DNA of 64,000 nt from an uncultured bacterium (lineage in GTDB: Bacteria > Patescibacteriota > Minisyncoccia > Phycocordibacterales > UBA6065), in the NCBI GenBank assembly GCA_966243015.1, contig CBIMES010000002.1:48518-112517 (forward strand). The letters are read 5' to 3'. Under the pieces are notes generated by a model, which did not search any database, was not told where the DNA came from, and saw only the letters and a list, made by a program, of their open reading frames with translations. Below are positions 27,655 through 35,861 of this stretch, piece by piece. Position numbers and translations under genes: made by a program. Every line of letters starts with the position of its first letter. Position 1 is the stretch's first letter.

Positions 27655-27765
27655 GGGCTCGCTCTCGCCTCCCCGGAAAAGCACGCATAAAGCCCTGCTG
27701 GGCTTTTGCTCTGCTCGGCCCGGTCGGCCTGCGCAAGGCTTTTCCGGATAGGGAGAGACGAGCCT
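27655..27765 (-). repeat. Structured repeat element, copy 2
   Basis: Same core as 7631..7686 with a different closing stem (CCGGAAAAGC/GCTTTTCCGG, GGCTCG/CGAGCC). Confidence 0.85.
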
Positions 27766-27818
27766 GATGCTTGAAAAATAGCGCTTTGTGAGGTATTTTC
27801 AAGGAGCAATCGATCTTT

Positions 27819-28010
27819 ATGAGTCCATCGACCCTCGAACAGGAGCTTGCGGCCCTTGGCCCGAGACCCCTGACCCAATGGGAAGACAAAATCGTGTTAC
27901 CTGACGGATCAACCAGAACATGCATATGCCACATGATTAGCGGCGTCAAAGCCCTGGCACACTGGCATTTCGCCCGACAGGAGATCCTTCAAAGACACGG
28001 CCAAGCCTGA
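27819..28010 (+). CDS. Small hypothetical protein
   Basis: Preceded by TTGAAA-N17-TATTTT and followed by a GCCGCCC/GGGCGGC-TTTT terminator. Confidence 0.55.
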   Translation: MSPSTLEQELAALGPRPLTQWEDKIVLPDGSTRTCICHMISGVKALAHWHFARQEILQRHGQA

Positions 28011-28093
28011 CCCTGGCAGCCGCCCCTCAAGGGCGGCTTTTCATGCGCGGCCAAGAAAAAGCCCCGTTTCTGGGGCTTTGATGGCCAAAGGGC

Positions 28094-28618
28094 CTAATTA
28101 TTAAAGACAATCTCCTGTCGGAAGGACATCAGGGGCGCCAAAGCGATCTTGCCTGAAGGCAGAACGACCTCGATTCCCTCGGAGGGCATAATGAAAATGA
28201 ACCCTCCCCTTTCATTCGAGTCCCGGTCGGCATCCGCGAGCAGCGTGAGAATCACAGCCTCGTCTTTCGATATCGAGAGGCCAAGTTCCTTGAATACGAG
28301 GAAGCTGTCCCCGTCTTTCTCGACGATGCCGTCAGGGATTGAGATTCGGGCCAGAGCCTTGCCGTCCTTATCCGCCAAGGAAAACCTCGACATGTTCTTG
28401 AGAACCTCGGGCTTTTTGTCTAGCCGGAACATGATCGAACTTACCGTCACACCCGATTCGAACGCACGAAGCGACAGACAGAACACGGGATTGGACCTTG
28501 TCCCCACGGAAATGCTGGTCCTCGACAATTCACCCTTGCGAACGGACAGATGTTCTTCAGGAAGCGCGTAACAAAAGGCTCCGAAAAAGAGCCCGATAAG
28601 GCAGAGTAGTTGTTTCAT
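28094..28618 (-). CDS. Secreted Ig-like/S-layer-type single-domain protein; paralog of 33175..33813
   Basis: Signal peptide; end-to-end similarity to the 33175 product. Confidence 0.7.
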   Translation of the reverse strand: MKQLLCLIGLFFGAFCYALPEEHLSVRKGELSRTSISVGTRSNPVFCLSLRAFESGVTVSSIMFRLDKKPEVLKNMSRFSLADKDGKALARISIPDGIVEKDGDSFLVFKELGLSISKDEAVILTLLADADRDSNERGGFIFIMPSEGIEVVLPSGKIALAPLMSFRQEIVFNN

Positions 28619-28715
28619 GGTGAAAGAGCGGATGTTTGCATGGTTTATAACACAAAACCGTTGCTACGGCAATTTTAGTAGCGACGGTTCCTTTATTTTA
28701 AGGCGTTTAATTGTC

Positions 28716-29132
28716 CTACCCCCTCTTTCTCCTGTAGCTCGCCTTTGACTCGCGGGTGATAGCGAGAATCGAGATGACGGCAATATACGAGGCGCTTACC
28801 TCTGGCGGCATCTTGTATTCGATATCGGTGAGGGCCTGTGCCGTGATCATGCCCATAATGAGAACCGTCCAGAGGATCGCATAGAGCTCGCCCGGGTGAA
28901 AGCCCTCGTGAACCCTGTGCCATCGACGAAACTCCTTTTCGGCACTGTAAATCGCCAAAGAGGCGCAATAGATACCCGCGATTGTCAGGATTACGTGATT
29001 CTCGTCGAGAATGTTGTGATTGAGAAAATCATAGATAATTGCAGCAAAGAAAGCGACCGTCCAGAAGTTGACCAAACCGCGCCAGAAGCCGAACTTGCCG
29101 ACCCTTTCTGACAGATTGAGGATGAATGCCAT
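28716..29132 (-). CDS. Four-TM hypothetical membrane protein
   Basis: Hydrophobic helices, YSAEKEFRRW..GE motif; leaderless promoter. Confidence 0.75.
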   Translation of the reverse strand: MAFILNLSERVGKFGFWRGLVNFWTVAFFAAIIYDFLNHNILDENHVILTIAGIYCASLAIYSAEKEFRRWHRVHEGFHPGELYAILWTVLIMGMITAQALTDIEYKMPPEVSASYIAVISILAITRESKASYRRKRG

Positions 29133-29207
29133 GCCTTCATGATATCACGGGCAACGAAAAACCCGCCTTTCGGCGGGTTTCTCTCTTGGTTGAATGAGTC
29201 GAGAAGA

Positions 29208-30059
29208 CTAGTTCTGCCCCTTTGCCTTTCCGACCTTTCGGCGGGAGACAATGAAGACGTTCGAGTACTTCTTTGGAGTTCGGGTCTTCTGGCCCTTTCC
29301 TGCTGGCTTACCCCATCGGGTCTTGAGCCTTCGGAGACCTCGTCCCTGTCGTCCTTCACCTCCACCGTATGGATGGTCTACTGGGTTCTGTGCAGTACCT
29401 CGGACGGTCGGTCGAATGCCGAGCCATCGTGATCGTCCTGCCTTACCCGAGTTGACGAGCCAGTGCTCATCGTTCGATACCTGTCCGATAGTCGCGAAGC
29501 ACTCCTCGTGCACCTTTCGTACCTCTGAAGACGGCATCTTGATCTGGGTATATCCAGCGTCGTTACCGATGATCTGGGCGAAGATTCCAGCCGCTCGGCC
29601 GATCTTTGCTCCGCCCTGAGGCTTGACCTCGATGTTGTAAACGAAGGTTCCTACAGGAATCTTCTTGAGAGGGAGCGCGTTTCCTGCCGCTACCGCTGCC
29701 GCTGCACCTGCGACGAGGGTCGTGCCGACCTTAACTCCCTTAGGGAGAAGGACGTAGCGTCGCTCGCCGTCTCGGTATGCCGCGAGTCCGATGAAGCCCG
29801 ATCGGTTTGGATCGTACTCGACAGACTTGATGGTAAATGGGATGTCTCGCTTGTCGTACGAGAAGGAGACGTCTCGGAAGAGCCTCTTGTGTCCGCCTCC
29901 CTTGTGGCGAACAGTGATGCGACCGTGGTGGTTTCGTCCTACCTTTCGGGTGCCGCCGTGAGTGAGGGCCTTAACAGGATCCTTCGAGGTGATGTACTCC
30001 TTGAAGTTAATCGTCTGCATGTGCCTTCGGCTCGGGCTCGTTGGTTTATATGTTTTCAT
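29208..30059 (-). CDS. rplB: 50S ribosomal protein L2
   Basis: GRITVRHKGGGHKR, EYDPNRS, NPVDHPYGGGEG. Confidence 0.97.
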   Translation of the reverse strand: MKTYKPTSPSRRHMQTINFKEYITSKDPVKALTHGGTRKVGRNHHGRITVRHKGGGHKRLFRDVSFSYDKRDIPFTIKSVEYDPNRSGFIGLAAYRDGERRYVLLPKGVKVGTTLVAGAAAAVAAGNALPLKKIPVGTFVYNIEVKPQGGAKIGRAAGIFAQIIGNDAGYTQIKMPSSEVRKVHEECFATIGQVSNDEHWLVNSGKAGRSRWLGIRPTVRGTAQNPVDHPYGGGEGRQGRGLRRLKTRWGKPAGKGQKTRTPKKYSNVFIVSRRKVGKAKGQN

Positions 30060-30084
30060 GGCCTTGTTGTTAATTTATGAGGGA

Positions 30085-30546
30085 TTACGCGAACTCGATG
30101 ACATCTCCCTTCTTGAGGTAGACGTACGCCTTCTTGGCAGAAGTGGTCTTGCCGGTCCTACCGCGAGCCCACATGGTCTTTGCAGGGATCGATACGACAG
30201 ACACCTTTACCGGGGTCACCTTGTAAGTGTCCTTGATTGCCTGAGCAATCTGCTGGGCATTCGCCGATACGGCGACGTTGAAGGTGTAGACGTTGTTGTT
30301 CTCAGAGAGAATCGCGGCCTTCTCGGTAACGCGAGGACCCTTAAGCACGGCACCCTTCGATGCAACAGTGGTCTTTGCGTCGGCTTTCTTCTCGGCCTGA
30401 GCAACGGCCTTTGGAGCCTTCTCGATAGCCCTCTCCTTTGCAGGAACCTTCTTGTTGACGGCCTTCTTGAGAGGCTTGTCGGTCTTAACCTCTGCCTTTG
30501 CCTTTACCTCCTGATCCTTCTTCTCCTTTCGTGAAAATAGTGCCAT
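30085..30546 (-). CDS. rplW: 50S ribosomal protein L23 with ~60-aa Lys/Ala-rich N-terminal extension
   Basis: PRVTEKA, YTFNV, KKAYVYL; lies between rplD and rplB. Confidence 0.93.
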   Translation of the reverse strand: MALFSRKEKKDQEVKAKAEVKTDKPLKKAVNKKVPAKERAIEKAPKAVAQAEKKADAKTTVASKGAVLKGPRVTEKAAILSENNNVYTFNVAVSANAQQIAQAIKDTYKVTPVKVSVVSIPAKTMWARGRTGKTTSAKKAYVYLKKGDVIEFA

Positions 30547-30552
30547 AGAAGT

Positions 30553-31215
30553 TTAGTTAAGCTTAGCCTCGATAACCTTGAGAGCCTCGGCTGGGTTCTC
30601 GAAGACAACGAATTTGCTGTTAAGGAGGTCGAGGAGATTGAGGTTTCGAGCCTCGTCAACTACGACCGAGCCGATGTTCTGGAAGCTCTTCTCGGTGTTC
30701 ACGTCCTTCTTCGCGAGAGCGATGAAAGCAGCGTTCTTTCGCTTGGTAGCGAGAGTCTCGAAGCCCTTTGCCTTTGAGAGGCCAACGAGAGCCGCCTTTG
30801 CGTCCTTCGTCTTTGGAGCGTCGAATGAGAGAGAGTCGACGAAGAGAACCTCGCCGTCCTTCCACTTCTTCGAGAGAAGGGTAAGGAACGCCTTCGCCTT
30901 TACGGCCTTGTTGACCTTTCGGGCGTAGTTCTTGTCGTTTCGAGGACCGTGTGCGACACCTCCACCAACCCAGATAGGAGATCGGGTCGATCCGTGTCGC
31001 GCGCGACCGGTTCCCTTCTGCCTCCATGGCTTCTTGCCTCCTCCGCTTACCTCACCTCGGGTCTTGGTGTGAGCGATAGGCTGTCGAGCGTTCGACATCA
31101 TCGATACCATTACCTGGTGAACGAGGTCGGCGTTCCACGAGAGACCGAATGCCTCTGCCGAGAGCGCGATCTTTCCTGCCGACTTACCCTCCTTGTTGTA
31201 GATTGTTGCGTCCAT
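30553..31215 (-). CDS. rplD: 50S ribosomal protein L4
   Basis: TKTRGEVSGGGKKPWRQKGTGRARHG. Confidence 0.97.
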   Translation of the reverse strand: MDATIYNKEGKSAGKIALSAEAFGLSWNADLVHQVMVSMMSNARQPIAHTKTRGEVSGGGKKPWRQKGTGRARHGSTRSPIWVGGGVAHGPRNDKNYARKVNKAVKAKAFLTLLSKKWKDGEVLFVDSLSFDAPKTKDAKAALVGLSKAKGFETLATKRKNAAFIALAKKDVNTEKSFQNIGSVVVDEARNLNLLDLLNSKFVVFENPAEALKVIEAKLN

Positions 31216-31229
31216 ATATTTGAAATTAT

Positions 31230-31838
31230 TTATGCAACGATAGATACGAGAGTTCCCCTTCGACCAGGAAGAGAACCGTGAATAACAATCTCGTTGGTCT
31301 CAGGGCGAACCTGGAGAACCTTAAGATTCTTGACGGTGACCATGTCGCCACCCATGCGGCCGGCCATGCGCATGCCCTTGGCAACGCGTCCGCCCGCTCG
31401 TGCGCCTCCGCCGATAGAACCCGCCTCTCGCTCAGAGTGCTTCTGACCGTGGGTTCGGGAACCTCCCTTGAAGTGATGGCGCTTAACCACACCCTGGAAG
31501 CCCTTACCCTTTGACTCTGATCGCACAGAGATAACATCTCCCTCCGCAAAGGTTGAGAGATCTACCTTGTCGCCCTTCTTGAACTTAGCGGCCTCTTCTG
31601 CGGATACGCAGAACTCGCTGAGGTGAAGGAAATTGCCGAGACCCTTCTGGGCCTTGTTGATGCGAGCCTCCTTCTGCTCGCCGTAGCCTACCTGGAGGGC
31701 GTTGTAGCCGTCGGTAGACTCGGTTTTGACCTGCGTGATGACAACAGGGCCTGCCGAGAGGATAGTCGCGGGAAAAGCGCGACCGTCCGCATCGAAGACC
31801 TGAGTCATATTCTTCTTAGTGCCGAGTATGAACTTCAT
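31230..31838 (-). CDS. rplC: 50S ribosomal protein L3
   Basis: GTKKNMTQVF, SKGKGFQGVVKR, MAGRMG; start reassigned to ATG 31838. Confidence 0.96.
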   Translation of the reverse strand: MKFILGTKKNMTQVFDADGRAFPATILSAGPVVITQVKTESTDGYNALQVGYGEQKEARINKAQKGLGNFLHLSEFCVSAEEAAKFKKGDKVDLSTFAEGDVISVRSESKGKGFQGVVKRHHFKGGSRTHGQKHSEREAGSIGGGARAGGRVAKGMRMAGRMGGDMVTVKNLKVLQVRPETNEIVIHGSLPGRRGTLVSIVA

Positions 31839-32030
31839 GTTATGCGCGAGCATGGGTCTGGGGGACCCAGAGGCTCTCTTAACCAACCTATTAAATTAAA
31901 AAGAAGCCCTTGCTTCTCGTGGGCATGATACTACCTTAAAAGGTCGATTTATGCAAATTGGGCCGCCTGAAGCGCGTCCACCAAAGAAAAGGGCCGCTAG
32001 CGCAAGCTAGCGGCCCGAACCCTTGGTGCG

Positions 32031-33020
32031 TTATCTGACGGGAATGCCATCCTTTAAAAGGGTGAAAAGGAAGGTCTTCTTGTAGTCGTAATGCGGAGCG
32101 AATACCGCGTCCGTGCCGACGGCCTCAAGCTTGAGCAGATAGGTCACGGTAACCCGGTATTTGGGTTCTGACGCCGTCCCGATTGATTCGACTCGCGTTG
32201 TGGGTGAGCCCAGAATCGTCGTTTCGACATTAACATTCCGAACAGCTAGGTCCTTTGACTTTACCAACCCTGCAGCCCGACCGCCATTTACCGTGGTCAC
32301 CCCCTCCCCTTGCAGGCTGGCGGATATGACCGTCGATGAGCTTTTCGCGTTACGAACATCAACCTTGACGACAAAATCGCGCTTGGAACGGGCGGGGATT
32401 TCCCAGTCCACGTCCTCAAATACGATTTCGTCATTCATCACGTCTGCCATGGCAATGAAATCATTACCCTGGTAGAGATAAGCCCTGGTTACCATCGCGG
32501 AACCGCCCGAAGTCTTAACCAGAATCCGAACATCATCGACAGTCCTCTTTTTAAGGGAAGAAAGCGTGAAGTTCAGAATCGGAACCAGGTCAACCTCATC
32601 ATCCTCTGCGCCGTAAGAGGCCACGGCAAAACTGGGACCAGTCTGCTGCGAGGCGTAAAGACAGAGATCGACGGGCACAGGCTTCTTCCAGAACTTGGAC
32701 GGAAGCCGGACGGCTGAACTGATTCGATTGACCCCAGTCGCGTGACGGCTTTCCAGAAACGGATCGGGCAGCTGCCAGGTCGGAGACCAGACAGCGCCTT
32801 CAAACGAAACCCGATAAACCTCCCTGCCGGGATTGACGACCTCATACGACACCGAGACGGGGAGCGTGATTTCATTGTTCTCCTGAAGCTTGAAATAGCC
32901 CGCAGGATAACCACCTACGACCACGCCCGAAGACGGGACGCTGTAAGAGACCTTGAGCTGGGCAAAAGCGTTCGTGACGCTGATAACAATGGCAAAGAAC
33001 AGGACGGGCAGTAGTTTCAT
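32031..33020 (-). CDS. Secreted S-layer-type beta-rich protein, circularly permuted relative to the 35862..37175 product
   Basis: Signal peptide; own promoter TTGACT-N16-TATAAT and terminator; internal homology described in findings. Confidence 0.75.
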   Translation of the reverse strand: MKLLPVLFFAIVISVTNAFAQLKVSYSVPSSGVVVGGYPAGYFKLQENNEITLPVSVSYEVVNPGREVYRVSFEGAVWSPTWQLPDPFLESRHATGVNRISSAVRLPSKFWKKPVPVDLCLYASQQTGPSFAVASYGAEDDEVDLVPILNFTLSSLKKRTVDDVRILVKTSGGSAMVTRAYLYQGNDFIAMADVMNDEIVFEDVDWEIPARSKRDFVVKVDVRNAKSSSTVISASLQGEGVTTVNGGRAAGLVKSKDLAVRNVNVETTILGSPTTRVESIGTASEPKYRVTVTYLLKLEAVGTDAVFAPHYDYKKTFLFTLLKDGIPVR

Positions 33021-33174
33021 GTAGATATTCGGCCATCAGAGCGGAAGTGCTCTGGTGCGGCTTTCCTGTCTTTAATTATAGCATAAATCTATTAAAAGTC
33101 AATAATGACATAATCACCCCACCCGCCAAATAAAAAGCCGCCAGCTTGAAGCTAGCGGCCGAGGACCACAGTCC

Positions 33175-33813
33175 TTATTTCTTGACCTTTTCGGAGATGA
33201 TAGTAACCACCTGCTTGAAGGGCAGCCCAGGGCCAGACACCTCCTTACCCTGACTGTCGATACAGACGACGCCCTCGGGACACATTTCAAAGACGTAACT
33301 GGCGCCATCGGGATTCGAGATGAAGGAATAACGCGGGCTCGCCTGGATACTGAGCCATCGCTTCGCATCCTTGGGAATCATGTATTTGAGACCCTTAAAG
33401 TCGAGCAGGAGCCTGTCCCCTTCCGTCCGGAACGACGTGTCGTCGACAGGCGTCTCGGACACGAATCGACCGTCGGCATCAACCAGCGAGACGGAGTGGA
33501 ATGCCCTGAGGAATCGCCACATGTCCTGGCCAACATCTATCCTGACGCTCGTGAGCACCATGTCCAGACCATGAGCCTCCACGCTAAACGACAACACCGG
33601 CGACGACTCGCCTTTCGGCGAAATGGCGGAACGCGCGAGCGACCCCTTCTCAACCGCAACCGACGTCGGGACCCGCAACTGGACCTCATAATCCCGCTTC
33701 GACTCGGGACGGCTCGCGCATGCGGTGAAAAACACGGACGCCGGGACAAGAAGGAGCACGAGCGAAGGAATCCCATCACACTTCCAGTGGAACTTTTTTA
33801 TAACCGATTTCAT
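33175..33813 (-). CDS. Putative lipoprotein with Ig-like/S-layer-type domain
   Basis: Hydrophobic stretch ending FFTA-C (lipobox-like); paralog of 28094..28618. Confidence 0.7.
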   Translation of the reverse strand: MKSVIKKFHWKCDGIPSLVLLLVPASVFFTACASRPESKRDYEVQLRVPTSVAVEKGSLARSAISPKGESSPVLSFSVEAHGLDMVLTSVRIDVGQDMWRFLRAFHSVSLVDADGRFVSETPVDDTSFRTEGDRLLLDFKGLKYMIPKDAKRWLSIQASPRYSFISNPDGASYVFEMCPEGVVCIDSQGKEVSGPGLPFKQVVTIISEKVKK

Positions 33814-33984
33814 GAGGTTCTAAACACCCAGGGCATATGCCACCCTCGACGCACCCGCGCCAAGAGCTTTGGGAATGATTCTGGAATCGAATTTGCCACA
33901 AACCAGCACAAAGTCAATTCGCGCAAGAAAAAAACCGCCTTTCGGTGGTTCTTTCTGTCTTTCGAATAAGTTCAGAGACACGAG

Positions 33985-34022
33985 AAAATAAGGACCACCG
34001 CCGAAGCGGTGGTCCTTATTTT
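33985..34022. terminator. Intrinsic terminator after rpsJ
   Basis: AAAATAAGGACCACCGC-CGAA-GCGGTGGTCCTTATTTT. Confidence 0.85.
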
Positions 34023-34388
34023 CTAAATCATCTTCACGTCGATGTTCACGCCTGAAGGCAATGACATGTTGGTGAGGGCCTCGATGATCTTCTGGTTAGG
34101 ATTCAAGATATCGATGAGTCGCTTGTGAACTCGCATCTCAAACTGCTCTCGCGCATTTTTGTAGACGAACGACGAGCGGTTCACCGTGTACTTCTTGATC
34201 TCCGTTGGGAGTGGCACCGGACCGAGCACCTCTACGTCGTAGCGGAGAGCGGTGTCGATGATCTGCTTTACCGACGCATCGAGAATCTTGCTCTCGTACG
34301 CTCGGACGCGGATTCGGAGTCGCGGAGTTGCGTCCGCTTTTGCCACCGCCTTCTTCTTAGTTGTTTTCTTTGTTTCTGCTACTGCCAT
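34023..34388 (-). CDS. rpsJ: 30S ribosomal protein S10 (Lys-rich N-terminal extension)
   Basis: RIRVRAY, GPVPLPT, REQFEMRVHKRLIDI. Confidence 0.96.
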   Translation of the reverse strand: MAVAETKKTTKKKAVAKADATPRLRIRVRAYESKILDASVKQIIDTALRYDVEVLGPVPLPTEIKKYTVNRSSFVYKNAREQFEMRVHKRLIDILNPNQKIIEALTNMSLPSGVNIDVKMI

Positions 34389-34428
34389 ATAAGTGCTAGT
34401 CTACGTATTTCCTGCTTTTTAGCAAGTA

Positions 34429-35625
34429 TTACGCGATGATCTTGGTTACGACGCCTGCACCGACGGTCTTTCCACCCTCTCGGATGGTGAAGCGCTGCTT
34501 GTCCTCGAGAACGATCGGAGCGTGGAGCTTTACCTTGAAGGTAACGGTGTCTCCAGGCATAACCATCTCTACGCCAGGGGCGAGGGTAACCTCACCGGTA
34601 ACGTCAGTGGTTCGAACGTAGAACTGAGGCTTGTATCCGTTGAAGAATGGGGTGTGTCGTCCGCCCTCCTCCTTCTTGAGGATGAGAACCTCAGCCTCGA
34701 ACTCGGTGTGTGGAGTTACTGAGCCTGGCTTAGCGAGAACCTGACCTCGGTGTACGGCGTCCTTTGCGGTACCTCGGAGGAGAACTCCCGCGTTGTCACC
34801 TGCCATACCAGACTGGAGCTGCTTGTTGAACATCTCGATTCCGGTGATGGTGGTCTTGGTGGTGTCCTTGATACCAACGATCTCGACTTCCTCGCCAACC
34901 TTGATGGTACCGCGCTCGATTCGGCCGGTAACCACGGTTCCTCGACCCTCGATCGAGAAGATGTCCTCGATAGGCATGAGGAATGGCTTGTCGGTCTCTC
35001 GCTCTGGAAGAGGGATGTAGGTGTCGAGAGTAGACATGAGCTCCTTGATCTTCTTTGACCACTCGTCAGTGTTGTCGGCAGCCTCAAGAGCCTTGAGAGC
35101 TGAGCCGCGGATGACAGGAGTGTTTGCTCCGTCGAAGCCGTACTTGGTGAGGAGGTCTCGAACCTCGCCCTCGACGAGATCAATGAGATCCTTGTCCTCT
35201 ACTGCGTCGCACTTGTTAAGGAAGACGACCATTCGAGGTACTCCAACCTGCTTTGCGAGGAGGATGTGCTCTCGAGTCTGAGGCATAGGGCCGTCGATAG
35301 CGGATACCACGAGGATAGAGCCGTCCATCTGAGCGGCACCCGTGATCATGTTCTTGATGTAGTCAGCGTGACCTGGGGCGTCGATGTGAGCGTAATGTCG
35401 GGTATCTGACTCGTACTCAACGTGGGCGAGAGAGATGGTAACGACCTTCGATGCGTCTCGAACAGTACCGCCCTTCGCGATATCTGCGTACGCCTTGTTC
35501 TTTGCGAGACCGTCTCGAGCCTGTACCGCGAGGATCGCGGTGGTAAGGGTCGTCTTGCCGTGGTCAACGTGGCCGATAGTACCTACGTTAACGTGAGGCT
35601 TAGTTCGTGTGAATTCACCTGCCAT
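34429..35625 (-). CDS. tuf: Elongation factor Tu with atypical switch I region
   Basis: [28 protein letters not shown]. Confidence 0.98.
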   Translation of the reverse strand: MAGEFTRTKPHVNVGTIGHVDHGKTTLTTAILAVQARDGLAKNKAYADIAKGGTVRDASKVVTISLAHVEYESDTRHYAHIDAPGHADYIKNMITGAAQMDGSILVVSAIDGPMPQTREHILLAKQVGVPRMVVFLNKCDAVEDKDLIDLVEGEVRDLLTKYGFDGANTPVIRGSALKALEAADNTDEWSKKIKELMSTLDTYIPLPERETDKPFLMPIEDIFSIEGRGTVVTGRIERGTIKVGEEVEIVGIKDTTKTTITGIEMFNKQLQSGMAGDNAGVLLRGTAKDAVHRGQVLAKPGSVTPHTEFEAEVLILKKEEGGRHTPFFNGYKPQFYVRTTDVTGEVTLAPGVEMVMPGDTVTFKVKLHAPIVLEDKQRFTIREGGKTVGAGVVTKIIA

Positions 35626-35762
35626 AGTATTTTTGGTAAGTAATGAAGATGTACGCGCGAGATTGGCACATCCTCATGACCTACAAATTAATGTTCTAAG
35701 CTGTTAAATAATGCTTTTCCAACTGAAACCAATTGAAAAAGCGCGCAAAATGCGTACCCCGT

Positions 35763-35790
35763 ATCATAGCAAAGTGAGAGAGGAAGTCAA
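35763..35790 (-). promoter_or_regulatory. Sigma70 promoter of tuf-rpsJ
   Basis: TTGACT-N16-TATGAT with extended TG. Confidence 0.7.
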
Positions 35791-35861
35791 ACATTACCCT
35801 TCCCGACGACAAGCCAAAAGCCGCCCGAGGCGGCTTTTGGCTTGAATGTGGTCAACGTGAG

